From Candidatus Firestoneibacteriota bacterium (lineage in GTDB: Bacteria; Oederibacteriota; D2-FULL-39-29; JBBTED01): a stretch of 18,861 nucleotides of DNA. Position 1 is the first letter of the stretch. Every line of letters begins with the position of its first letter. Shown here piece after piece: positions 9,592 to 17,161 of this stretch. The notes under the pieces are model-generated. The model saw nothing but the letters and a program-made list of their open reading frames with translations. It was not told where the DNA came from and ran no database searches. A program made the translations under genes and the position numbers. The stretch spans positions 1 through 18,861 of the forward strand of contig JBBTED010000134.1 of assembly GCA_038042445.1 (NCBI GenBank). The letters run 5' to 3'.

Positions 9592-11003
9592 TTTAGTAGC
9601 AGTTTTTTATTTTCTTCTTCAACTGCTTTTTTGTATTCAGTTATTAAAGTTTTTATTTCAGCATCATCAGGAATATTTTTTACCAATGCTACTAATTCAT
9701 TTGATGTTGAAATAACTTTTCCCAAATTATCTAAAGTAAATATAAGTTTTCCAATGTATTGTCCATTTTGTCCTGCTTGTACTAAAAGCACATTTTTTAT
9801 TTTCTCAGGTTGTTTTAATAGGGTTTGAGAGTGGCCACCAACTATTACATCAATTCCATCAATATTTTCAGCTAATTTTCTGTCTTCATCATATCCTGCA
9901 TGTGTTACTAAAATTGTTAAATTAACCTTGCCTTTGATTTCCTGCAAAATTTCAGAAATTCTTTCTTTTGGGTCTGAGAATTTTAAATTTTCTTTTATTG
10001 CTTTTGGAAAGAAAGTAAAAGCTTTTGGTGAAACTATACCAATAACAGCAACTTTGTATTTCCCAATTTCTTTAATTATATAGGATTTTCCCAGTGGTCT
10101 GCAATTAGTTAGTGTGCAGACTTCAAAATTAGCGGCTACGAGTGGGAGATTGTTGGTTTGGGCTTCTTTCACAATAAAGTCTGTTCCTAAAATTAATTCC
10201 TGGTCACCTGGAACCATTACGTCGTATTTAAGTAAATTAAATGCTTTCGATACATATTTTGCTTTAAGTTCGTCTTCTCTTGCAGAAAAAAAATCACCAG
10301 AATCTACAAGTATGTATGATGTATTTTCTTTTCTGAATTCTTTTAAAAATGTGGCACGTCTTAATAAACCACCAAATGGATTTTCCGGACATTCACAGGA
10401 TTCAAGATGGCCATTTGTGCTATTAGTATATAAAAGTGTAATTTCATTTTTTGCTTTTTCAATTTTGGGAGTTTGGACCACTGCTTCTTTTTTTAATTCT
10501 GTGATTAAGCTTTCTAATTCTTCTACTAATTTAGGGTCATAGCCATCGAAATGTTTTTTTATTGTTCCATTCTTTCCTATTACAAAAAGTTGTGGAACAG
10601 TTGCTCTGTTATTTTCTACAACCTTAAACCATTTTGCCAAACGTATTCCATAAGGGTCCAATAAAACCGGTATTTTGAATTTGTGTTCCTGAATATAAGG
10701 AGCAACTTCTTCTTTGCCTTTGGGATCTATACTTACCAAACGCACTTTTACGCCTTTACCTTCATACTTCAAATATATTTCCTGAAGTAGTGGTATTTCA
10801 TTAAGGCAGGGTTTACATTGGGTATCAAAAAATGAAAGTATTACTATGTTTCTACTTGATTCATCGCCAAGTAAAGCATTAAGACTTTCTGCGCCACTAT
10901 CTAATTTGTCTAATTTAAAAGAAGGGGCTGGATCATTAATATTAAATGCATATACATTTATTGCAAAACTTACTAAAAAAACTACTGCAAATACTTTTTT
11001 CAT
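9588..11003 (-). CDS. Exported fusion protein: TlpA/ResA-like thioredoxin (CKPC) + UshA-like (5'-nucleotidase N-terminal, calcineurin-like fold) domain with CxC motif
   Basis: Start re-placed at ATG 11003 (AAGGTGA SD), giving signal peptide MKKVFAVVFLVSFAINVYA. APSFKL...SFFDTQCKPCLNEIP.L...PVLLD...VPQLFVIGKNG. Then LLYTNSTNGHLESCEC...GGLLRRAT...VDSGD...PGDQE...AAN...THAG...IDVIVGGHSQ...VQAG..G.YIGKL. ATGA overlap with atpB. Confidence 0.85.
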   Translation of the reverse strand: MKKVFAVVFLVSFAINVYAFNINDPAPSFKLDKLDSGAESLNALLGDESSRNIVILSFFDTQCKPCLNEIPLLQEIYLKYEGKGVKVRLVSIDPKGKEEVAPYIQEHKFKIPVLLDPYGIRLAKWFKVVENNRATVPQLFVIGKNGTIKKHFDGYDPKLVEELESLITELKKEAVVQTPKIEKAKNEITLLYTNSTNGHLESCECPENPFGGLLRRATFLKEFRKENTSYILVDSGDFFSAREDELKAKYVSKAFNLLKYDVMVPGDQELILGTDFIVKEAQTNNLPLVAANFEVCTLTNCRPLGKSYIIKEIGKYKVAVIGIVSPKAFTFFPKAIKENLKFSDPKERISEILQEIKGKVNLTILVTHAGYDEDRKLAENIDGIDVIVGGHSQTLLKQPEKIKNVLLVQAGQNGQYIGKLIFTLDNLGKVISTSNELVALVKNIPDDAEIKTLITEYKKAVEEENKKLLLK

Positions 11004-11106
11004 ATTTTTCACCTTTTTTATAATGATTAACAACATATATATAACAAATTAATTGTTTTAAAGCAACATTTTTATGTAATTGGGTCAATTACGGGTGTAT
11101 GATTTG

Positions 11107-11178
11107 GTAGTCGCAGGCTTTAGCCTGCGAAAAATGTAATTAAAGCAATAATTTCCGCAAGCTAAAGCTTGCGACTAC
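11107..11178. repeat. REPIN-like doublet of the same GTAG REP family
   Basis: GTAGTCGCAGGCTTTAGCCTGCG (11107-11129), 26-bp spacer, CGCAAGCTAAAGCTTGCGACTAC (11156-11178). Confidence 0.9.
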
Positions 11179-11241
11179 ATCTAAAAATAATTATTAAGAA
11201 CCAAAGACTGCGCCCCATTACATTTTTTTTACTTAATTAGC

Positions 11242-11270
11242 TTGTGATAACCTTATTTTTTTAGTAAAAT
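11242..11270 (+). promoter_or_regulatory. Putative sigma70 promoter for the small ORF / nucleotidyltransferase pair
   Basis: TTGTGA (11242-11247), 17 bp, TAAAAT (11265-11270). ATG at 11284. The AT-rich background limits certainty. Confidence 0.45.
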
Positions 11271-11283
11271 TACTTTATTAACA

Positions 11284-11469
11284 ATGAAAAGCTTATTAAA
11301 GTTAGCTAAGCATGATGAAAAAAAGGAAATAGAATTTGAAATGAATTATTTGGCATCTTTAACTGTAGAACAGCGATTCAGAATGCTTTTTCAGAAATCT
11401 GATGAAATGAAAAAAGTACTTTTACGAAATGGGCATAGAAAAGCTTTTGAAATTATTAAAAGAAAATAA
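11284..11469 (+). CDS. Small helical protein, probable partner of the downstream nucleotidyltransferase
   Basis: 61 aa, charged, contains Y.ASLTVEQRF. Overlaps the NTase gene by 41 bp, an arrangement typical of two-gene TA-like modules. Confidence 0.65.
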   Translation: MKSLLKLAKHDEKKEIEFEMNYLASLTVEQRFRMLFQKSDEMKKVLLRNGHRKAFEIIKRK

Positions 11470-11872
11470 GGTTAAGTTTGTGATTATAGGTGCAACAGCT
11501 TTTCCTGTTTATGGATACGCGAGAGCTACTCTTGATACTGATATATTTATAAAACCTGAGAAACAAAATGCTTCAAGTGTATTAAAAGCATTGAAGGAGT
11601 TTGGGTATGATGTGACAGATGTTACTGTTGAAGATTTAATTTCTAAAAAGCTATTAATAAGACAGTATACTGTAGAAACAGATGTTCATCCTTTTGTTAA
11701 AGGTGTAACATTTGAAGAAGCGTGGGAACATAAAGTTAAAGCGAAAATTGGGAAAACCGAAGTATTTTTTGCTTCATTGGATGATTTGATAAAAATGAAA
11801 AAAAGTGCAAATCGTCCAAAAGACAAAGAAGACTTAAAATATTTAGCAAAAATAAAAAAAACTATCAAATAA
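11429..11872 (+). CDS. Small nucleotidyltransferase-fold protein (DUF6036/AbiEii-like)
   Basis: FVIIGATA...YGY.RATLDTDIFI, and C-terminal SLDDLIKMKKSANRPKDKEDL. Confidence 0.8.
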   Translation: MGIEKLLKLLKENKVKFVIIGATAFPVYGYARATLDTDIFIKPEKQNASSVLKALKEFGYDVTDVTVEDLISKKLLIRQYTVETDVHPFVKGVTFEEAWEHKVKAKIGKTEVFFASLDDLIKMKKSANRPKDKEDLKYLAKIKKTIK

Positions 11873-11930
11873 ATAATATTACTATGCAAATTAGATAATA
11901 CTATAAAACTCGTTGAAATGGAGGTTTTAA

Positions 11931-13589
11931 ATGGAATATATAACTGCTACAAATAAATCAATAAGTCAGCTTATGAATGAATTTAAGGACGGACTAATAG
12001 ACGTACCGGAAATACAACGGGATGTTGTTTGGAAATCAGATCAAATAAAAGATCTTATTGATTCTATAAGTAGGGGTTTTCCATGTGGTTCTTTGATTTT
12101 ATGGGAACCACGAGAAAAAGATAAAAACTTTTTGAGGTCAATAATACGTCCTGAAAGACTAGAAAAAAATGCACCTCTACCAAAATATTTTATTCTTGAT
12201 GGGCAACAAAGATTAACAGCATTATCAGTTGTATTATTGAAGAGAGAACTATTAAAGAATCTTCTAAATGAACTAGAGGAAGAAATGCCTTATATTTACA
12301 TCAATCTTAAGAGATTTCCAAAAGAAATTGAAGCAAGAAGTTCTGCCAGTCATGATATCCATTGGGTATTATATAATAGTTTATTTGATGGAACATTAGA
12401 GGATACTGGGGAATATAAAAAATTAGATGATGCTATGAAATGTCGTATAAAAAAGCATGTACAAAATATTTTTGATTATCAATTTCCTGTTCAAATTATA
12501 CATGACCGAAATTATGCTGATGTTTCTGAAATATTTACGAGAGTCAATTCTCAGGGCACTCCATTAACTGGGGCAGAAATACACTTGGCAAAAATAGTAC
12601 CTCATTGGCCAGGAATAACACGAAAATTTCGTGAGTACCGTAAAGAACTAAGAATAAATTATTATGATTTAGACTTGAATTTTTTAATGAGAACGATTAC
12701 TGCAATTGAGTGTAATGTTCCTCAAATTAAAAAATTATCTGAAAAAATATCAAAGGATCATATTAGTAAAAACAGATTAAATGCAACATGGGAAAAAGTT
12801 AAAAAATCAACAAACAGACTAATAAAAATACTAAAAAAAGAACTTTACTTAGACAAATCAAAATATTTTACATCGAAAAATACTTTAGTTCCATTAGTCT
12901 ATTATATTTCAACAAAGAAAAGAAGTGTAGCGATAGGAAATATAAAGAAATTTTTTCCTTTGTCTCAGCTATCTGAACATTATGGTGGTGCGGCAGAATC
13001 AACATTGCGAAAGGATTTCAAAACCCTTACTGAAGCTTCTAAACCACGTTTTGGTCTTATTGAACTAGTTAACAATGTCAACTATGAATCACGTCAATAT
13101 TATCGAGGTTTAAAAATAAAAGGTGAAGATATATCTGGAATACCATCAAAGAATGTACTAGTGTTATTTATGTATGTGTTAATGAAGAGAAACAAAGCTA
13201 CTGATTGGGGTAGTAGAAACAGACTCTCATTAGAAGAGATTGAACCGAGAAATACACAATTGCATCATATATTTCCATCTAACCTTATGCTGAATGATAA
13301 GAATGCTCTTAAAAGGTACACAGAAGAGAAGGAATGTTCACAATCAGAGTATAGAGAAGCTGTAAATGATATAGCGAATATTACTTTCTTGTCAAAAGCA
13401 AAAAATATTGCTATTGGTGATGTAGCTCCATCGCAATATCTAATAAATGAAACAACACGTGAAATACGAAAAGCACATTTTATCCCAGAAAAGCCAGAAT
13501 TATGGAAAACCGAGAATTATATCGATTTTTTAGAAGAGCGAAAAAGGTTGATAGCTGAAGCAATTACAAGATTTATAAAAAATTTATAA
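11931..13589 (+). CDS. DUF262 (ParB/Srx-like) + C-terminal DUF1524/HNH-like protein; GmrSD-like modification-dependent nuclease
   Basis: VPEIQRDVVW, GSLILW, ILDGQQRLT, IFTRVNSQGTPL. C-terminal LHHIFP...IANITFLSKAKN..IG. SD GGAGGT. Confidence 0.85.
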   Translation: MEYITATNKSISQLMNEFKDGLIDVPEIQRDVVWKSDQIKDLIDSISRGFPCGSLILWEPREKDKNFLRSIIRPERLEKNAPLPKYFILDGQQRLTALSVVLLKRELLKNLLNELEEEMPYIYINLKRFPKEIEARSSASHDIHWVLYNSLFDGTLEDTGEYKKLDDAMKCRIKKHVQNIFDYQFPVQIIHDRNYADVSEIFTRVNSQGTPLTGAEIHLAKIVPHWPGITRKFREYRKELRINYYDLDLNFLMRTITAIECNVPQIKKLSEKISKDHISKNRLNATWEKVKKSTNRLIKILKKELYLDKSKYFTSKNTLVPLVYYISTKKRSVAIGNIKKFFPLSQLSEHYGGAAESTLRKDFKTLTEASKPRFGLIELVNNVNYESRQYYRGLKIKGEDISGIPSKNVLVLFMYVLMKRNKATDWGSRNRLSLEEIEPRNTQLHHIFPSNLMLNDKNALKRYTEEKECSQSEYREAVNDIANITFLSKAKNIAIGDVAPSQYLINETTREIRKAHFIPEKPELWKTENYIDFLEERKRLIAEAITRFIKNL

Positions 13590-13654
13590 AAAAATACAAA
13601 AAAGTAAGTTGTAAATTGATTAGTTTTTATGATAAAAGTATACAGGTAAAAAAT

Positions 13655-14113
13655 ATGAAATTTTTAGAAGTGCTTAAATCAAGAAATGGCAAAATATTAG
13701 ATATTGATTTGTTAGAGCCATTGGTTGAAAATGTGTGTCAAAGATTTAAAATCCAGCTTTTATACCTATTTGGTTCTTATGCAACAAAGAATATCTCTAA
13801 ATTAAGTGACTTGGATATTGCGTTTTTTGCAAGCGATGATATTAAATTAGAGAAATGGGGTCAATTTTTAGGAGAACTTCAAGATATCTTTGAAGAGGAA
13901 GCTATAGACCTTGTAGATTTAAAAAATGCACCTCTTCCTTTGATACATAGAATATTAAGAGATGGCAAATGTCTTTATGCAATAAATTTGGAAAGCAGGA
14001 TAAATTTTGAAACCAGGTCTGAAACATTTTATCAAGATACAAAATATTTACGTATGGAGTACTTTGATGCTTTACTAAGGAGAATAGAAAATGGTACCTT
14101 TGGGTGTAGATAA
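13655..14113 (+). CDS. mntA: MNT (minimal nucleotidyltransferase) antitoxin of a HEPN/MNT type VII TA system
   Basis: LFGSYATKNISKLSDLDIA matches GSx10DxD; IDLVDL..AP..L...I.RDG. ATG 13655 preferred over TTG 13616. Confidence 0.88.
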   Translation: MKFLEVLKSRNGKILDIDLLEPLVENVCQRFKIQLLYLFGSYATKNISKLSDLDIAFFASDDIKLEKWGQFLGELQDIFEEEAIDLVDLKNAPLPLIHRILRDGKCLYAINLESRINFETRSETFYQDTKYLRMEYFDALLRRIENGTFGCR

Positions 14114-14525
14114 AGAAAAACTATTTCTTCAATTAAATCGATTAGAAGAATTATTAATACAATTAGAAAATGTGAAAAAAAGTTTATTAGCTAAAGAAAA
14201 AGAGTTTATATTAATACCTGCAATTGAAAGATTATTACAAATATCTATAGAGGAATGTATTAATATAGGCAATCATATTATTTCAGGCTTAATGCTTAAG
14301 AGAGCAGATAGTTATAAAGAAGTGTTTGCTATTTTGAGAGAAGCAGATATTTTATCAAAAGATACAGGTGCGGAAATGGAATCTTTTGCTAAATTCAGAA
14401 ATAAACTCGTGCATTTATATTGGGTGGTTGATAAAGAAGAGCTATATGCAAAACTTGAACAAAAAAATATTATAAAAAGTTTTGTCATAGAAATAACAAA
14501 GTACTTGAATAAAAAATTACCATAA
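14091..14525 (+). CDS. hepT: HEPN (DUF86) RNase toxin
   Basis: ERLLQISIE.CINIGNHII, and RNKLVHLY matching Rx4HxY. Overlaps mntA by 23 bp. Confidence 0.88.
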   Translation: MVPLGVDKEKLFLQLNRLEELLIQLENVKKSLLAKEKEFILIPAIERLLQISIEECINIGNHIISGLMLKRADSYKEVFAILREADILSKDTGAEMESFAKFRNKLVHLYWVVDKEELYAKLEQKNIIKSFVIEITKYLNKKLP

Positions 14526-15625
14526 TGAAAAATCTATTAATTAGTACTTTTTTGATTGCCATCTTTTCTTCTGCTGGGTTCACTGCAGATAAAGAAGGAA
14601 TTGTTGTGAAAAATACGGATAGGGATACTTATTTTTACTCCTGTAAATATGTAAAGGCTGATGGGTTAAAAAAAGTATTAGAAGAATTGGTTTCTCCTGT
14701 TGGAAGAGTTGTTTATTCTGAAGAGTTAAATATGTTGGTAGTTTCCGATGTCCGGGAAAATATTCCTGCAATAAAAGAATATATTAAAAATTTAGATATA
14801 TATATTCCACAAGTGTTAGTAGAAGCAAAAATCGTGGAACTTACTACAGATTCTGATTTTGAATATGAAATAGCACATTCTTTTACATCAGGGTCAGATA
14901 CAAGTGTATTACAGGATAAAACAAAACTGAATTTGCCGACTCCTGGTGCTAATCCAAATACTAATGCAGGCGGAATTTTTTCATTAAGAACTTATACTAA
15001 TAATGCGAATATGTTAGATAATTATTTGCGGGTGTTAGTTACAAATGGTAAAGCCAAGATTTTGTCAGCTCCGAATCTTGTTGTGGATAAAGGAACAGAA
15101 GCGAGTATTATTACAGGTGAAGAAGTGCCTGTGCAGTCTGCAACTGTGGTGTCAGGTTCAGTAAGCACAACTACTCAGTTTAAAAAAGTAGGAGTGAAAT
15201 TGAGAGTTGTTCCTATTAATATAACTGAGGATAGTGTTAAATTAGAGATAAATCCGGAAGTTTCTACAGTTACAGGTTATACTAATTCTGGTTCAAGTGG
15301 AGTTTCCAATCCTATAGTAGCGCTTAGAAATACAAATACAGTACTTACTGTAAAAGATGGAGAAATGATAACAATTGGCGGTTTAATGAGAAAAGAATCA
15401 CGAGATGTAGTAAAGCAGATTCCAATATTGGGCGATATACCGTTAATTGGTCTTTTATTTAGAAGTGTACGGGAACAGACTGTAAATACTCAGCTTATGT
15501 TTTTCTTGAAAATCAAAATTTTAAAAGAGGGAATAGTTGATGGAGTTCAAATTTTCAGGCCTGATGAAAAGCAAAAAGAAATTGATAAAGAAATAGAAGA
15601 CATTGAGAAAAAAATTAAAGAATAA
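14525..15625 (+). CDS. Minimal outer-membrane secretin (signal peptide + single N3-like domain + secretin domain)
   Basis: KYVKA..LK.VL...N.LVVSD...I..LD...PQVLVEAKIVE, GKAKILSAP.L, A.I.TGEEVP, VGVKLRVVP, V.DGE.ITIGGL, signature IPILGDIPLIGLLFRS. Confidence 0.9.
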   Translation: MKNLLISTFLIAIFSSAGFTADKEGIVVKNTDRDTYFYSCKYVKADGLKKVLEELVSPVGRVVYSEELNMLVVSDVRENIPAIKEYIKNLDIYIPQVLVEAKIVELTTDSDFEYEIAHSFTSGSDTSVLQDKTKLNLPTPGANPNTNAGGIFSLRTYTNNANMLDNYLRVLVTNGKAKILSAPNLVVDKGTEASIITGEEVPVQSATVVSGSVSTTTQFKKVGVKLRVVPINITEDSVKLEINPEVSTVTGYTNSGSSGVSNPIVALRNTNTVLTVKDGEMITIGGLMRKESRDVVKQIPILGDIPLIGLLFRSVREQTVNTQLMFFLKIKILKEGIVDGVQIFRPDEKQKEIDKEIEDIEKKIKE

Positions 15626-17105
15626 AATTATCGCACTGGCTATATTAACTTCTATAATCATAATAGCAGTAGTTTTTATCTCTAAATCCAAAACACAAAA
15701 TACAAAAGTTGATGAAAACAACAAATTTTTCAATGCAGAAAAAGGTGACCTTCCTGTATTAATAGTTCAGACAGGTCAGCTTAAAGCCTCTCAATCCTAT
15801 AAAATTAAAGCTCCAATTATTCCGGGTATATCACGTGATTTAAAACTTGAATGGATAGTATCTGAAGGCTCTAAAGTAAAAAAAGATGAAGTGATTGCGA
15901 AACTTGATAGGGAGCCGATTCAACAGGATATAGATAATTTGACTGCTGAACTTGAATCAGAGAAGGCATTATTGTCTATTGAAAAAGAAAATTTTAAAAT
16001 TCAGGAATCGCAAAACATTTTAAATTTAAACACTGCAAAAATTAATCTGGAAAATTCAGGAAATGAATTAAAAAAATATAACACTCTGGAGTTACCAACA
16101 CAAATTAATGAATTTGAAGTAAAAACAAATGCTGCAAAAATCAAATATGAAGAAGCACAAAAGAATTTAAAAAATCTGCAGCAACAGGCAGAAAGCCAGT
16201 TATTTGTTGAAAGCTCGCAGGAGGCAGATACAAAAAAGAAAGTTGAAGATGCAAAAAAAATAGTGGAAAATGCTAAAACATTATTAGAATCCACGGAATT
16301 GGAATATAAAATTTTTAAACGTTACACGTCTCCTGAGCAACTTGGAAATAAAATGACTGCTTATGAAAAAGCAAAAATGGATTTGGAAAGAACAAAAGTT
16401 ACGTCAGGGTCATCTATTATACAAATACAAGAAAGAATACGACAAAAGGAAAGAACAATAAAAGATAAGGAGACAAAATCCAAAAAATCAAAAGAATATC
16501 TGGAACAGCTTATACTAAAAGCGCTTGTGGATGGCTTAGTTATTTATAAGGATGTAGATTTGCCATATTGGAGAGCTTCAACAGATGAAATGAAGGAAGG
16601 TAAGATAGTAAGACCAGGAGAGGTAATAATTACTATACCGGATTTATCTGCTTATGAAGTATCTGTGGAAATTGGAGAAGAATCCAGAAGTAAATTAAAA
16701 GAAAAAATGGATGGTACAATTAAAATTGAAGCTATTCCTGATTTGATATTACATGGAACTATAAAAACTATAAGTAATTTGGCAAGGTCGTCAGCTGCAT
16801 GGGATCCATCTTCTCCAAAGGTTTATGATATTATATTTACACTTGGAGACTGTAATGAAGAAATGAAACCCGGTATGTCTGCAAAAGTTGAAATTCTTAT
16901 AGAAAAATTAAAAGATGTTTTATATATACCAATAGAAGCAGTTTATGAATCTGAAGATGAAAAATATTGCTATGTAAAAACTTCAGCTGGACCTGAAAAA
17001 AGAATTATAAAAGCAGGAAAAAGTAATGACAGTTTTATTGTAATTATAGATGGTTTAAAAAAAGGCGAGACTGTTTATCTCTTTAACCCAATAAAAAAAG
17101 ACTAA
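15603..17105 (+). CDS. Membrane-fusion / periplasmic adaptor protein (HlyD/MacA-like) with long coiled-coil hairpin
   Basis: N-terminal TM anchor, lipoyl halves V.EGSKVKKDEVIAKLD and LKALVDGLV, PGEVIITIPDLS, MKPGMSAKVEI, VLYIP.EAV, GLKKGETV. TTG start overlaps the secretin end. Confidence 0.9.
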   Translation: MRKKLKNKIIALAILTSIIIIAVVFISKSKTQNTKVDENNKFFNAEKGDLPVLIVQTGQLKASQSYKIKAPIIPGISRDLKLEWIVSEGSKVKKDEVIAKLDREPIQQDIDNLTAELESEKALLSIEKENFKIQESQNILNLNTAKINLENSGNELKKYNTLELPTQINEFEVKTNAAKIKYEEAQKNLKNLQQQAESQLFVESSQEADTKKKVEDAKKIVENAKTLLESTELEYKIFKRYTSPEQLGNKMTAYEKAKMDLERTKVTSGSSIIQIQERIRQKERTIKDKETKSKKSKEYLEQLILKALVDGLVIYKDVDLPYWRASTDEMKEGKIVRPGEVIITIPDLSAYEVSVEIGEESRSKLKEKMDGTIKIEAIPDLILHGTIKTISNLARSSAAWDPSSPKVYDIIFTLGDCNEEMKPGMSAKVEILIEKLKDVLYIPIEAVYESEDEKYCYVKTSAGPEKRIIKAGKSNDSFIVIIDGLKKGETVYLFNPIKKD

Positions 17106-17128
17106 AATTATCAGATTATTTCATAATG

Positions 17129-17151
17129 GTAGCCGCAGGCTTTAGCCTGCG
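17129..17151 (+). repeat. Single copy of the GTAG REP
   Basis: GTAGCCGCAGGCTTTAGCCTGCG, identical to 7198-7220. Confidence 0.9.
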
Positions 17152-17161
17152 AAGAAAAACA

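Noticed and set aside
10389..10397. Selenocysteine in the UshA-like domain
   Set aside because: Both Cys codons are TGT and there is no in-frame TGA, so this is the Cys form.
13609..13638. Promoter for mntA (TTGTAA...TGATAAAAG)
   Set aside because: Poor -10 match and 18-bp spacing in very AT-rich DNA; not distinguishable from chance.
11284..14525. Prophage or integrative element carrying the defence genes and secretin (filamentous phage pIV-like)
   Set aside because: No integrase, Rep, Zot/pI ATPase, coat proteins or att-like direct repeats were seen.
7198..17151. CRISPR array from the recurring 23-bp sequence
   Set aside because: Copies are dispersed and inverted rather than tandem direct repeats with unique spacers, and there are no cas genes.
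17126..17161. N-terminal extension MVAAGFSLRRKT of the permease
   Set aside because: It is the translated REP copy. Family homology starts at Met 17162.
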